This document shows, piece after piece, positions 50,051-63,065 of a stretch of 64,000 bases of DNA. The number at the start of each line of letters is the position of its first letter. Within the stretch, counting starts at the first letter, position 1. Below the pieces are notes generated by a model that saw only the letters and a program-made list of their open reading frames with translations, did not search any database and was not told the origin of the DNA. The DNA is from Squalus acanthias (Eukaryota): positions 21,204,001-21,268,000 of the forward strand of contig CM059451.1 in NCBI GenBank assembly GCA_030390025.1, in the 5' to 3' direction. A program made the translations under genes and the position numbers.

Positions 50051-50231
50051 ATATAGAAACCTGATTTTTCCACTTCTGTGTGTTGTGATGTGGGGGGGAG
50101 GGGGAGGGGGTATTTGTTAAGACTGGTAATGTTTTCAACGACTTTTCCTCAGCAACAAAGCAAACCTCAGAACTTAAGCTAAGATCCCACTCTGCCCCCT
50201 TCCTGTTTATTCGTTTTTGGGCGCGGCAAAC

Positions 50232-50826
50232 CAACAACAACAACAACTTGTATTTATATCGCGTCTTTAACGTAGTAAAATGTCCCAAGGCGCTTCACAG
50301 GAGTATAAGGCAAAAAATTGACACTGAGCCACATAAGAAATTAGGGCAGGTGACCAAAAACTTGGTCAAAGAGGTAGGTTTTAAGGAGCGTCTTAAAGGA
50401 AGAAAGAGAGGTAGAGGCAGAGAGGTTTAGGCAGGGAATTCCAGAGCTTAGGGCCTCGGCAACAGAAGGCACGGCCACCAATGGTTGAGCGATTATAATC
50501 AGGGATGCTCAAGAGGGCAGAATTAGAGGAGCGCAGATATCTCGGGGGGTTGTGGGGCTGAAGGGGATTACAGAGATAGGAAGGGGCGAGGCCATGGAGG
50601 GATTTGAAAACAAGGATGAGAATTTTGAAATCGAGGCGTTGCTTAACCAGGAGCCAATGTAGGTCAGCGAGCACAGGGGTGATGGGTGAACGGGACTTGG
50701 TGCGAGTTAGGACACGGGCAGCCGAGTTTTGGATCACCTCAGGTTTACGTAGGGTAGAACATGGGAGGCCAGCCAGGAGTGCGTTGGAATAGTCAAGTCT
50801 AGAGGTAACAAAGGCATGGATGAGGG
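50232..50826 (-). mobile_element. L2-clade LINE 3' fragment
   Basis: LIHAFVTSRLDYSNALL..QNSAARVL..LHWL..GGRAF..WNSLP; (TTG)n tail. Confidence 0.9.
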
Positions 50827-52429
50827 TAATTCTAGTGGATACTAATTCATGTGTTTGCATGTTTTCGAACTGTTGTACTTTCAGTGGATAGTTTAATCTA
50901 GTAATGAGGTGTGGCTCACCCTTGCTCGCCTAATGAGGATTCATGGAGACAAATGGCATTAAGTGGAGTGATCATGAGAAACACGAAGGAGAAACAGCTG
51001 ACTGGGCCCTGATTTGGAATAGAAGTCCAAAACCGCTCACAGATCTTTAATGAAATGGATGAGTGTCAGACAGTGAAGGACACAACAAGGGAACTCATCT
51101 TCCCTGCGGTTGCCAAGATGTAGTTCGTGTCTAATTATCACTCTCAAGTGATAGAAGGGACCTCAGTTGGCTGAATGTTAAACCTAATCACACCTTTTGA
51201 TACCACGATACTTCAAATCTTTATTTGATGCTCATGTTTATTAAATGAGCTTGCGATTTGAGGTTGCTATTCATAAAGCAGTCCTTTCCCTCCCTTGTAA
51301 ATTAAGTGGCTACTTCTCCAAATCTCAGCAAAAGAAGGTGGACAACAGTTGCCAGGGTAACTGCAGTTTGTGGGGGAAGGAGCTTCTCCCGTGCTTGGAA
51401 ATGAAAAAACCTTGTTACCATGACGACATGACGTTCAATGGTACTTCAGAAAGCTACGAACAGAGCGAAAACAATTTGTACAGACCTTTATTTCCTTTTG
51501 CTTTGCCCTCAAATGCTTTTATTCCTGCCTTTCGACCCCGACCCCCACCAACAACGAGCATCTCCCCTCATGGACCAGTAACAGTGATAACACAAACAAG
51601 TCTGATCCTCTTCTGTGATTGTCACATGGCTGGCTCACCTCAACACAGTATCCTGGCCCCAAAGTTATAAACTGAAAGTGGAATGAAAGTCTACAGGGGA
51701 GATGCTTCAGTTTGAGAAACTATCCCAATTTGTCTCAATATGGTTAGGAACAGGTGGGTACATACACAGTTCTAGTTAGGGCCAGAATTAGTTTCTCCCT
51801 CGTGTTACGTGAAATTTGTTTGTAAAGCGGACTAAATAATTAATACTCGATAATAATCAGGAACCTTAATTAGATCAGCCATTTTGTAGGGGGAAAGAGA
51901 TTTAAAGTGAATGGTTACTAGCAAACTCATTTAAATTGGCAACTAAAGGTTAGAAAAACATTTTGAATGGCATTAGGTTTGCTGAAAGGTAGTGTCAAAC
52001 TACACAGCTAATATACACAGAGTTTTTAGACATATACAAATTCATATCATTGGAATTAAAAAGAGCTTCTAGGACAGTACCTGATCCCTGCAATGTAAGC
52101 CTTTATTTCTGAGCTCCATTAACGTTGCAGGCTTTGTTGTGCTTTATTAGAACCACGTGACTTCAGCACAGGGCAGATCAAACACTGATCATGTATTTGT
52201 GCACATCAAAGGAGGCGATGGCTGCTTGTTGCTTGCTTTTAGTGGAAGAAAACAGAGCATTAATTCAATATTTATCTTTAAATCTACATTTTAGCATAAT
52301 TTTCCCAGTTTAAGGGCTCTCATCTTATCCATGACTCACTCAGCCATCTCGAACTGAGAAGCTTGGGGAATGAGTGAGCCTTTAAGTTCCATTTTCCAAG
52401 TATTGCCAGTACCATAAACATCTTAGCCC

Positions 52430-53100
52430 TCACTTTGCAATCACGGCAAAATTGGGGCTGTATGCCTCTGTGGCTGGGGGGAGGGACCAAACTTTGCAAT
52501 CTAAGGCCTGTCCCCTATTTTGAATAGACCACAAGGAAAGGCTTGCCCAAAGAACTCGTAGCACATTTGACTGGAGAACACAAAACCTTGTAATGCAGGC
52601 ATCATGGAATGCCACACAATAAAGTTATCATGGCTGCTTCCTGGATAATAGCCACTAACGTGCAAAATGATGAACATTGATTGTGTAAACCCTTCTTCTT
52701 CATGAAAGCTGTGGGGTTGACATGAAGAGCCCTGATGCCCACTGGAGTACCAAGTGCAACTCTTTGCACTCAAGGGAACCCTGCCATTCTGTCCAGCTGA
52801 TCCCTCCTTTGCACAGGACAACTGATGAAGGAGTTGCTCCTTGCAAACATAGCAGTTGTCAATTCCCTGATACAGATGTGTACGGCAGACTGCCTGATGT
52901 GACAGCTGTCTTCCTGGGGTGGCTTGGATGGAAGCTTCATGACCTTCTGTGGTGACCTTCACATCTATGGGAAGAGCTGTCGCTGTCATCATGCAGCATC
53001 TTTCACAACTCTGTGACAGCCTGCGTTCTGGCATGTCTAGCTACATGTGAAGGGGTCTACAAACACAGGTCCTGGGGTAGTGAGGGGTGTGACCAAAGCA
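52430..53100 (-). mobile_element. PIF/Harbinger transposase remnant
   Basis: TALPIDVKVT and YPGSSHDNFI motifs in ORF 52501-53034. Confidence 0.65.
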
Positions 53101-53122
53101 CTTCAGGGGTCATTACACCTCT

Positions 53123-53486
53123 CACTCCAGGGACTTGAGCACATAATCTCGGCTGACACTCCAGTACAGAACTGAGTGCACTGTCGGAAGGTGCTGTCTT
53201 TCAGATAAGGTGATAAACCGAGGCCCCATCTGCCCTCTCAGGTGGACGTAAAAGATTCCGTGCACTATTCGAAGAAGAGCTGGGGAGTTATCCCTGGTGT
53301 CCTGGGGCCAATATTTATCCCTCAACCAACATCACTAAACAGATTATCTGGTCATTATCACATTGCTTTTTGTGGGACCTTGCTGTGTGCAAATTGGCTG
53401 CCGTGTTTCCTACATTATAACAGTGACTACACTTCAAAAGTAATTGATTGGCTGTGAAAGGCGCTATATAAATGCAAGTTCTTTCT
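53123..53486 (+). mobile_element. Deu-domain SINE (5'-truncated)
   Basis: Family core and tail. Confidence 0.85.
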
Positions 53487-54633
53487 TTTTTTAAGCTTCT
53501 GCCATGTTGCACAGACTTCTGCCATAGAGGCTTTGTTGGCCAGATTGCAGAGTGCTGTCTCTTCCCACCTCCAAGCGTGTGGGGACGGAATATGGACAAG
53601 TATCTCCTCAGGCTTCACTCATCTGCTTGGTATCATTGGGTCTGCTTTCCTGCAGATCAGGCCCCATGCAGAACCAGGGCCCAGTACTAGTGGCACGGCA
53701 AGAATTTGCTCACTGTCTTTCAAGATGGCAGCACATGTGTGACCTCCTGCCAGCCCCCTCACAGGACCAGGGTGCCCATGTAACAGGAGAAGAGGAGCAG
53801 CCTACAGCAAATCCATCACAGGAGTTATAATACAAGGGCCACCCACGAGACGCATATTGGAATGCAGTAGCCAGGTACCTCATGCACTCCTGGCACTCAG
53901 GTAACATCTAGGAAGGGCACTAGATTAAGTCAAGCATCATCCACCTGCACCAAGGGGAAACACTGTGGTAAGAAGTGGGCACATGCACACCGTATGATGG
54001 TAGCGCTAAAGTTGTTGTATGTACAGACACTGTTCTTGGCAAGGTTTGGAAGTTGCTTTGATGGGGTGGCATGACTGGGAGTTGACGCAGACAGTGACGG
54101 AACTGTAGATTGTGGCATCTTTTTGGTGGGAAAAGGAGAGATGTGAAAAGGACTGTTCAGTGGGAGAGCGAAGGGATGAGAAGGAAGTTACTCCAGTCTT
54201 GTCCTTTCGAGTTTCTAACAGTGGATTTGTGAACCAGGACTTTTTTCATTACATTGTTTCTCACCTAGTTCCGGATAATAAATGTTGCCAAAGTTATTGT
54301 GTGCTCGCTGTATAAAATTTCTGCTACACCAATGTTACCCTAAGCATTAAAGGGTTATTAAGAGTATTGAGTTGATCTACCAGTGCCCTGCAATCTTTTC
54401 TATCCTCTTCAGATTAACGCAGTTTGAGGGAGGTGGCAAAGGAGGAGGAGGTTGATTGTAGAATTAAATGGATTCATTTGTTTCTTTTGCGAGTGATAGG
54501 TCTGCCAGTTGGCTTGTGTCTCCTACTCTTGAGCTCTTTGGGGGTCCCTTGTGGTTCTGTTGAAAGACACAGCTGAGGAAAAATATTCTGGAGTGAGATC
54601 AGTCACCAGAAGCATCTCCCCTTGGCAGTCAGC

Positions 54634-54648
54634 ATGTCCTTCCGAGAG
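54634..54648 (+). CDS. aqp14: aqp14 exon 1 coding part (MSFRE)
   Basis: AGCATG TCC TTC CGA GAG|GTAAGG; phase 0 joins ELKS; similar to recalled fish Aqp14 start MAxREELRS. Confidence 0.7.
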
Positions 54649-57600
54649 GTAAGGAAAGGGGTTTAATTCTCCCCTCCCCAATCAATCAGGGAATATTCTC
54701 AGCTTGAAGGCAATTAACGTCCGATTGTAGTTTGTTCATCATAGGATGCTAAATGATCTCGTTCAAGCGTGCTTTAACAAGTGGTTTGAAGTGCTCGCTG
54801 CTTTTCTGCAGATTACGGCTTTAAAACTTGTATTTTTGAACTATCCAGAGATTTGTCTTAGCGTGGCAAGATAAAAAAAAGAGGGAAAAATAGATGGATA
54901 GAGGGTAATGGAGGGACATGACTAGGTGAATCAAAAAACAAAAATTAGACACTGTAGCTTGAAAGACAGAATGATGGATAAATACAGGCAGATGGGTACA
55001 CAGGAGAGAGAGGTAGCAAGGTATGTAGCATTGCGAGGGGGTGATAGATAAACAAAAAGGCAATGGATGGATGTCGAAACTTACATAAAGTCTGACTATC
55101 AATGAAGAGGATAAATACCAGGCGATGAAATAAATGGGTAGGAAGAAAAAAAATCAGAGGCAGAAAAAACACAAAGGAGTTGGCAGACCTGATAGATGTG
55201 TAAATGAATACGGCGCACATAAATTTAATGGTTAACAATTCATACATATCTGTTCGTTTATATGAGTCTTTATATAAGATTAATATACTGTATATCTCAT
55301 CCATTTGTACTGTGTATAGTACCCACTGGGTAAAACAACTCAATTTGATTTGGTATTGTATGGCTGTTATATGCAATGTTCTCTCCTGTATGCAGCTGAT
55401 GTAAATAGATTAAGTGACATGTCCAGCTCAGCAGAGCTGATATTTAATTGCTGAATGAGATATTTCGGTGATGGAGAGGCTGGTATTTATCTTCAAGTTC
55501 TCGGATGGATGCAGAAGTGGCATAAATGGTGCCCATCTCCTGTACAAATGCTGTAGGCGCAATGTACAGATAGTATGTAGCTCCTGTCGGATAGCTGGGG
55601 AGGTTTACTTTCCATTGTTTATGCTCGACCCCCATCGTCGCTGCTGAGCTGACGGGCGGGAATTTAGTGGTAATCGTATTCGGTATACATTGTAAGTTAC
55701 ATAAACCTCAGCATGGGGACAGTGTTTCAGAACCTGAAGGTCTGTATTGATAATGGAGAATCTGTCATTTCCCTGTGTAGTGCTTAAAGTGGGAATAGAA
55801 GCTGCCGAATCAATCCATGTATGTCCCCTGTGTTACATGTGTAATGGTGTTACCTTTCATGATGTTTGTAATGTAGATAGAAAGAAGTGAGAGGTATTTA
55901 GAGAGAGAAATAGAAAGATGGAGAGAACAAATCAAGTCTGTAGCGATGTGGAGAGAAAGATAGACAGAACAAGAGAGCAATGAAGAGAACGAAGTAAAAG
56001 GAAAGTAGAGACACAGGGATATAAATTCATTTTAGGTGGTAGCGCAAAACGGGCGATAGCGAATCGACTGCCTGTTTTACACTTGACTCCGCCCAATTTT
56101 CTTTACCCTTGACCAATGGAAAAGAAAGTCGGGCGGTGTGCAGAACAGGTGGACGATTTATACCCCACAAACTTTACGATATGCCCTGGTGACGATAAAT
56201 CACAACAGCATAACCACGAGTGTCTGCTGGGATGGAGGGCAAGTCACCTCGCCACTGGTGCAGACTTGCAGAATTTAGGGTAGAGAGGGAGAGAAGGACA
56301 GAAAGAGTGACAGAGAAAGAGAAAAAGAAAAAGAGAGAAACAGAACATCACTGGCTGATGTGAATTGCTTAAGCACCTAAACACACTGGGGTGAGCAGAG
56401 AACCGAACCAAAATGTTGGATTGTACAAGACCAGGCTTGCAGTGTTTCCCTGTAAACTTGTGTCTGGCATCTTTAAACCATTTTTTAACTGAAATATCAA
56501 CTATCCCGGGATCTCACTTACGTTGCAAGATAACATCAACAGTGTACTGATGAAAAACATGCATGTTCAGGCAGAAAGGTATGAACAGGAAGCCTGGAGT
56601 TGAGATCAGTCTGAGGGAATCCAGGATTTGTCCACTCGGGCCTGTGGGACATCTGCTGGAGTCTATGGAACATTCATGTGTGGATCTAGGGTCTGTGATG
56701 GGTTCTTGTGGAAAACTTCAGGCTTCACTTGAGATATGTAAAATATTTTTTGTGCGGAAGGACGGAGTCCTCATCCAGAAGTCAAAATCATCCTTGTGAG
56801 GAAGTGTGAAGCCTGGTAATAACAGAGTTTTTTTTTGGGGGGGGGACGGGGAAGGAAGATTATCGAAGTAGTGATCACAATAGGAGTGAACAATGGGATG
56901 AGTGTTGAGAATAGCTGTGGAACAGTGCACAGAGACGATAATTTCATCCGTGTTGCTAAATGAAGATCAATTTGCTTTTAAGGGGAAGCTAGATAAGCTA
57001 GATAAGGAGAAAGGAATGGAAGGATATGCTGATAGGGTGAGATGAAGTAAGGTGGGAGGAGGCTCGTGTGGAGCATGGACCAGTTGGGCAGAATGGCCTG
57101 TTTCTGTGCTGTGCATGTTATGTAATTCTATGTGAAGTTTGCAAGGAAATACAATCTAAAAGGGAAAAGAATCTCCATAGTGACGCTGTCTTTCTTTGTC
57201 TTAGGAGTTGAAGAGTCGCAGGTTCTGGCGCTCGGTCTTAGCAGAGCTGGTTGGTTCCCTGGTCTTGGTTTCGGTTATTTTGGGCGCCTCTGCCCCTGGA
57301 CAGGAAGATGGAGTTCCAGTGCTGATGCAGGTGGCTGTAGCTGCTGGGTTTTCTGCTGTCAGCCTGATCCACTGTTTTGGAGAGATTAGCGGTGCTCAGG
57401 TAAACCCGGCTGTCACACTCGCATTCCTGTGCACCAGGAAACTGGATTTTCTCCAGTTTGTGTCCTATCTTTTGGCTCAGTGTCTTGGAGCTGTGATTGG
57501 ATCGGGGATAATCTACATGTCACTGCCGATCAAGTCAACATCAAGGCATTTAGTCAACATGGTGAGTCCATTTACTATAATATTTTCCCTGTTGATTTAT

Positions 57601-60600
57601 AATAGAGATGCATTTTCCCCAAAATGGAGAATGGAGCCCAAACAAAAAACAAAAGAAAACAAAAAAAATCAATTCACCAGGGGTGTTGCAGACAAAACTT
57701 TGTTTTTTGGGAGGTGGCTGCATTTAATGCCTATCCCTATTTGCCCTGAGAAGATGGTGAGTTTGCTAGGCCACTTCAGAGGGCATTAAGAGTCTTGTGG
57801 ACTAGAGTCACATGCAAGCCAGACCAGGTTCCCTTCTCTGAAAGACATTCGTGAACCACATGGATTGTTACAACAACCTGGCAGCTTTCATAGTCATTTT
57901 CCCACAAATTACCAGATTTATACAACTCACAACTTACCACAGTGGGATTTGAACTACGCAACCTCTGGGTTAGGTGGTCTAGTACCATAACCACTGTACT
58001 ACTGTACCCTTGTAAACTGCATTAACAGTCAAGGTCTTGGGTCCCTTGATAGCTACCATGCTAGAGAACTAGACCCTTTCACATTACACACATGTTTACT
58101 GTTCGTGGTTCCTGTATGCATTACCCTACATCTATATCCACATTAAAACCCATCTGCCATATTTCAGCCCATCTACACAATTGATTCAGTCCATTCATCT
58201 GTTGTCAGCCCTTCTTTGCCTGATGAATAAAACTGTATCAAAAGTTGACCTAGTAATATCTATGTTACAGCCACGCCAACCGTTAACCTTTAAACGTTTG
58301 ATTGACTGACAAAATTGCTGTTGGAACTTGTTTTCAGCCAAATTGGGCACTGGCACCAGGAAGAAGAAGAAAACAAGTTAAGTGTTGGCATAGGGGGAGG
58401 GAGTGGCCCAAAAGACTGCTCTTGTAGGGGCTGCAGGACTGCTTTCGACTAAAAGTCTTGTCAATCAGTTCTTGTTTTAGCAGTCTGCCTGGTCATGCAT
58501 CCACCAGGACCACTTCTCTTTCTTCCTCTGCTTCCTTCTAATCAGGCATGGGTGCAGGCTCCCTCTGACTGCCTGGGTCCCCCTCTTCTAATGGCAAAAT
58601 TGTGGAGAACACAGAAGACTCGAATGATCTTTGAGACTTTCTCAGAGTAAGGCCTCGCCTGATCTGTCCAGACATCAGAGATGCAGCTTCAACATCCCGA
58701 TAGCATATCCTACAAGAATTCAGGTGGAGGCACAAGTCTCACTATATTTTCTTTTGGTGCCAGTGTGGAGGTTCCAGACTGATGCTAAATAGCTAGGGAT
58801 TATCTCTAGCCCCCATCCTGCTCCTTCAAAGAGTTGTGGCACTGTTGACTGTCGCAAGATGAAAGCATCATGGCTGTTGCCAGGGTATCTTGCAGTCACC
58901 CTCATTATTCAGTTATGAAGGTCCAAGACCACCTGCATGTAGATCGAATGAAATCCTTTTCTATTCCTGTATGGCATGGAGTTGTTGTCTGGCACCCTGA
59001 TAGCAACATGGGCGCCATCAATGACACTTTACACTCTTAGGAACTCAGTCACCTGATAGAAGTGTGGGGCCTTCTCCAGTTGTTGTCTCCTTTCCATTGG
59101 GAAAGTGGGAAATGTGTTGCCCCTGGCGGGCAAGGCTGCAGTGACCTGTCGAATACATCAATGATTAATTTGGTAAATAGCACTGGCACTGACTTGAAAT
59201 GAGCCAGTAGCATAAACATTCAATGTGGTGGTGACTTTAACTGCAACAGGCAGGGCTGTCCCTGGGCCGGATGCTGTCTGAAGGTCATGCTCCAGTAGAC
59301 AGCACAACCTGCTGACTGCATCCCTGTTGTGTTGCAGGTAATCTCTTCCAATATACGTAAGTAGTTGCCCCTGGGTCGTATGATGTGATTCCTGGGCCAT
59401 CTGTGGGGGGTGCCAGGTGCCTGCTTTGCCAGTGCACCTGCCTCTCCTCCCTCCTCAAGAGTTCCTTGTCTTTCTCCAAATCCAACACTACCATTAGCAG
59501 GCCCAATGCAATGCGCATGGTCAATGCTGCTTGCCGCTGCAGGGGTGAACTGGTGTGCACCAAAGGAATGCTGAACTGAAGCAAAATAGCAGCAAGCAGC
59601 AGGAAAAAAACCTCTAATGCACAAATTTCAGTTACTCTAGTCAGAAACAGCGGTCAGAATGCGAGTCCCAATAACATGGCAGCCTAGCTTTGAGTGGTGG
59701 AGTTCTTCAACGAACAGCTTGCAGGTCTCCCAGTGTCTGTTTTATACAGGTGCTCAAGGGGGGAGTTGGGTTGGAGAGAAATGCCAGGCAAAAATCAACT
59801 GAAAAGAAAACAATGTGAAGACACGAAACAGATTCCAGCAGCCAGGCCCACTACATGTAGCACCATAGAGCCCTAGCTTTCCTCCTGCCATTTCCATGAC
59901 TTTCTCTCCATTGAACCTTCTTCCTCATTGCTTTTTCCACTCATTCCCGTTGTCTCCTTAATTTCCTTCCATTAAACTCCCAGTGCTTTCTCTACTCATT
60001 CCCCCTCAGCCCCAAACTCCCCTTTACTTCAATTAAACCTTTTCCTGTGGTGTTTTCTCTACTCATCGCCCCTCCTCCCCTCTTTACTTTCTTTACTGTG
60101 TTTCAGCCGTGGCTCAGTGGGCGGCACACTCGCCTCTGAGTCAGAAGGTTGTGGGTTCATAGTCCCATTCCAGAGACTTGAGCACAAAAATCCAGGTTGA
60201 CACTCCAGTGCAGTGCTGAGGGAGTGCTGCACTGTCGGAGGTGCCGTCTTTCGGATGAGATGTTAAACCGAGACCCCGTCTGCTCTCTCAGGTGGATGTA
60301 AAAGATCCCATGGCACCATTTCAAAGAAGAGCAGGGGAGTTATCCCTGGTGTCCTGGCCAATATTTATCCCTCGACCAACATCACAAAAAAACAGATTAT
60401 CTGGTCATTATCACATTGCTGTTTGTGGGAGCTTGCTGTGCGCAAACTGGCTGCCGCGTTTCCCACATTACAACAGTGACTACACACCAAAAAAGTACTT
60501 CATTGGCTGTAAAGCGCTTTGAGATGTCCAGTGGTCGTGAAAGGCGCTATAGAAATGTAAGTCATTTAAAAAAAATCAGTGTTTCCTATGGCACTACCTC

Positions 60601-62830
60601 TCATCGACTCTCCTCTACGCTATAGCATTCTCTAAATTGAATCGCTCTGATTTGCTGCCCTCACTAATGCTCATGCTGCACATTTAACCAGCAACAAGAG
60701 CAGGTACGCTCCAGAGAAACCCCCTGGAAAATAAGCCCTCAATCTTCAATTAGACAAATAAAATCTACCAACAATACCACTCCTCGGTGACACTAAACAA
60801 CAACTTAAAAATACTCATTTAACATGAATTTACCCAAGTGAGGAGCAATAGAGGGAGAATGACTTACATAGGATTACATAGGATATACGGCACAGAAACA
60901 GGCCATTCGGCCCAACCAGTCCATGCCAGCGTTTATGCTCCACTCGAGCCTCCTCCCGTCTTTCCTCATCTAAATCTATCAGCATAACTCTCCAATCCCT
61001 TCTCCCTCATATGCTTGTCTAGCCTCCCCTTAAATGCATCTATACTATTCGCTTCAACCACTCCCTGTGGTAGCGAGTTCCACATTCTCACCACTCTCTG
61101 GGTAAAGAAGTTTCTCCTGAATTCCCGATTGGATTTCTTGGTGACTATCTTATATTTATGGCCCCTAGTTTTGCTCTTCCCCACAAGTGCAAACACTCTC
61201 TCTGTATCTACTCTATCAATGACTTAATGAGGGAGTTTGGTTTTAAACAGGAATTCAGTGGTAGATATTGATTAACTTTCAGTTGTTGATTCACAGAAAC
61301 TAGCAACTGGTTTAAACCTGTAAGTGCTGAACTTGGGACTGAGTGACTGGTGGTTAGTTGTTAATTGTTAACTGCATAGTTACAGCTGATTAAGCTGGGA
61401 AAGGGCGAATCGAACACTGGCATTTGGCTACATCTTAAGCGGGATACGAAGCGGTAAACTAGTGAGAGCCACTTGAGCTGTGAGAGCACCCAAGTAACAG
61501 GAAATCGGAGTGTATAGATCAAGGGAATGCAGTGGGTGTTGTATATATATGGATTTTCAGAAAGCATTAAATAAGGTGCCACATAAGGGACACATGGCAG
61601 ACTCAATAAAGAGCAGGTGACCCGCCCTACCAGATTACCACCCAGACGGTGAAGACGAAAATCGACACCTTGGTATTAAAGGGAATGTAGCCACATGAAT
61701 CAATAAATGTCATGGGGAGAGAGCAAAGATTTGGAGTCAGTTCATGTTTTTCAGGTTATTGGGATGTGGGTAGTGGTGTGCCCCAGGGATCTGTGCTGGG
61801 ACTTCTTTTATTTTGAAACCATGGAAGTATACAGCACAGAAAGAGGCCATTCAGCCCATCGTGCCTGTGCCAGCTCTTGGCTACAGAAACCGAAAAATAA
61901 TCCCCTTGCCCACTTTCTCCCCATTGCCCTGTATCTTCTTCTGTTTCAAATGTTATCTACCTTTCGCTTAAGAGATCCAATGGTCTCTGCCTCGACTACT
62001 CCGTGTGGCAAAGCATTCAATGCCCCAGTAACTCTCTACATAAAGAAATTTCTCCCAACCTCTCTCCTCACTGTCTTAGTGACTATTTTAAATTGACAGC
62101 CCCTCAACACTGACTCCCCAAGCAGAGGAAATAATCTTTCCCTATTCACTGTATCAAAACCCTTCATAGTTTAAAAAACTTCTATTAAATCTCCTCTTCA
62201 CCTTCTCTGCTCCAGAGGAAATAGTCCCATTACCTCAAGTCTCTCCTCATAATGTTCGTCTCTCAACCCGTCGTCATCCTGGTGAATCTTCGCTGAACGC
62301 TCGCTATGGCTTTAATGTCCTTTCTATTATGGGGCGTCCAAAACCTCACACAGTACTCTCAACTATGGCCTAACCAATGCGTTGTGCAAACTTATCATAA
62401 CCTCTTTACTCTTTGTGCTCTACGCCATATTTATAAAACCCAAAATACTAATTCACTTTTTTATGGCTTTATCTACATACACGAGCACTTTCAGGGCATT
62501 ATGCATTTCTCTGTTATGACTCTATAACATACAAGATCTATGCAAAGCATTTAAATACACCGTCTCAATCAGTAGTTAGAAATTCTTCCCTCTTCATACA
62601 GCCATGGTTTCATTTATGTATCCCGGGAGTCTCAATCTTAGATGATTTCATGTGTTTCCGAGCAGATCAACAAAGATGGAAATGCTGGCCAAGCACTTGC
62701 GATGGAGATAATTGCCACATTCCAGTTGGTTTTCACTATATTTGCTGTGGATGATCATCGGCGTAGGGAAGTGGGAGAACCTGGCAGTCTAGCAATAGCC
62801 TTCAGCCTGTCAGCAGGAATCCTGGCATCG
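54634..62830 (+). CDS. aqp14: Aquaporin-14-type channel, first three coding exons (3' part outside window)
   Basis: Spliced product MSFRE|ELKSRRFWRSVLAELVGSL...CFGEISGAQVNPAVT...LVNM|INKDGNAGQALAMEIIATF..DDHRRREVGEPGSLAI. FGEISGAQVNPAVT and RRRE.xEPG match recalled fish Aqp14 rather than AQP0/2/4/5. Confidence 0.85.
56016..56166. mobile_element. Short MITE (family of 5146-5303)
   Basis: TIRs gggatataaat / atttatacccc. Confidence 0.55.
56975..57132 (+). mobile_element. CR1 3' tail ~70 nt before aqp14 exon 2
   Basis: Matches the tail at 1787-1940. Confidence 0.8.
57205..57561 (+). CDS. aqp14: aqp14 exon 2 (TM1-TM3, first NPA)
   Basis: Acceptor tttgtcttag, donor ATG|GTGAGT, 357 nt; MIP-family NPA motif. 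Confidence 0.93.
57700..58010 (-). mobile_element. tRNA-headed SINE (family of 2795-3100)
   Basis: Reverse complement with gtgggatttgaact B-box and gccctgagaagatggtgag tail. Confidence 0.6.
58690..59400 (-). mobile_element. PIF/Harbinger (HARBI1-like) DDE transposase remnant in aqp14 intron 2
   Basis: ALPVAVKVT..YATGSFQ, VIDGAHVAI, YRNRKGFHSIYMQVV, ARYPGNSHDAFILRQS; frameshifted. Confidence 0.85.
60104..60562 (+). mobile_element. Full-length Deu-domain SINE
   Basis: Most complete copy: tRNA head, Deu core, L2-like tail. Confidence 0.9.
60865..61218 (-). mobile_element. CR1 3' fragment
   Basis: ORF 60966-61196 [25 protein letters not shown]. Confidence 0.88.
61510..62500. mobile_element. 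Old CR1 fragments (61510-61810 +, 61820-62500 -)
   Basis: Decayed DQGNAV..MDFQKA..KVPH and PQGSVLG on the plus strand; CR1 tail on the minus strand. Confidence 0.65.
62666..62830 (+). CDS. aqp14: aqp14 exon 3 (TM4-TM5)
   Basis: Acceptor gagcag, donor TCG|GTAAGA, 165 nt; GQALAMEIIATFQLV motif. Confidence 0.9.
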
Positions 62831-62982
62831 GTAAGAACCACAAATGTCTGCTGCTTAAACCAGTGGTACTGTGCATGGCACAAAAAAGCTTCCTCTACAT
62901 CAAAGAGACATGCTTCCTCTATAGTGAATAAAAATGAGAAGTCGCACAACACCAGGTTATAGTCCAACAGTTTTATTTGAAA

Positions 62983-63020
62983 TCACAAGCTTTCGGAGCT
63001 GCTGCTCCTTCGTCAGGTGA
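62983..63020 (-). ncRNA. Minimal hammerhead ribozyme motif (mirror copy)
   Basis: Reverse complement UCAC-CUGACGA-A-GGAGC(AGCA)GCUCC-GAAA-GC-UU-GUGA. Confidence 0.7.
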
Positions 63021-63028
63021 AGTCGACT

Positions 63029-63065
63029 TCACCTGACGAAGGAGCAGCGCTCCGAAAGCTTGTGA
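63029..63065 (+). ncRNA. Minimal hammerhead ribozyme motif
   Basis: UCAC-CUGACGA-A-GGAGC(AGC)GCUCC-GAAA-GC-UU-GUGA: core, stem I, stem II and palindromic AAGCUU stem III. Confidence 0.7.

Noticed and set aside
57562-57789. C-terminal part of ORF 57208-57789
   Set aside because: Intron read-through past a strong GTGAGT donor.
58690-59400. Domesticated HARBI1 gene
   Set aside because: Frameshifts, stops and a missing C-terminal part indicate a dead transposon.
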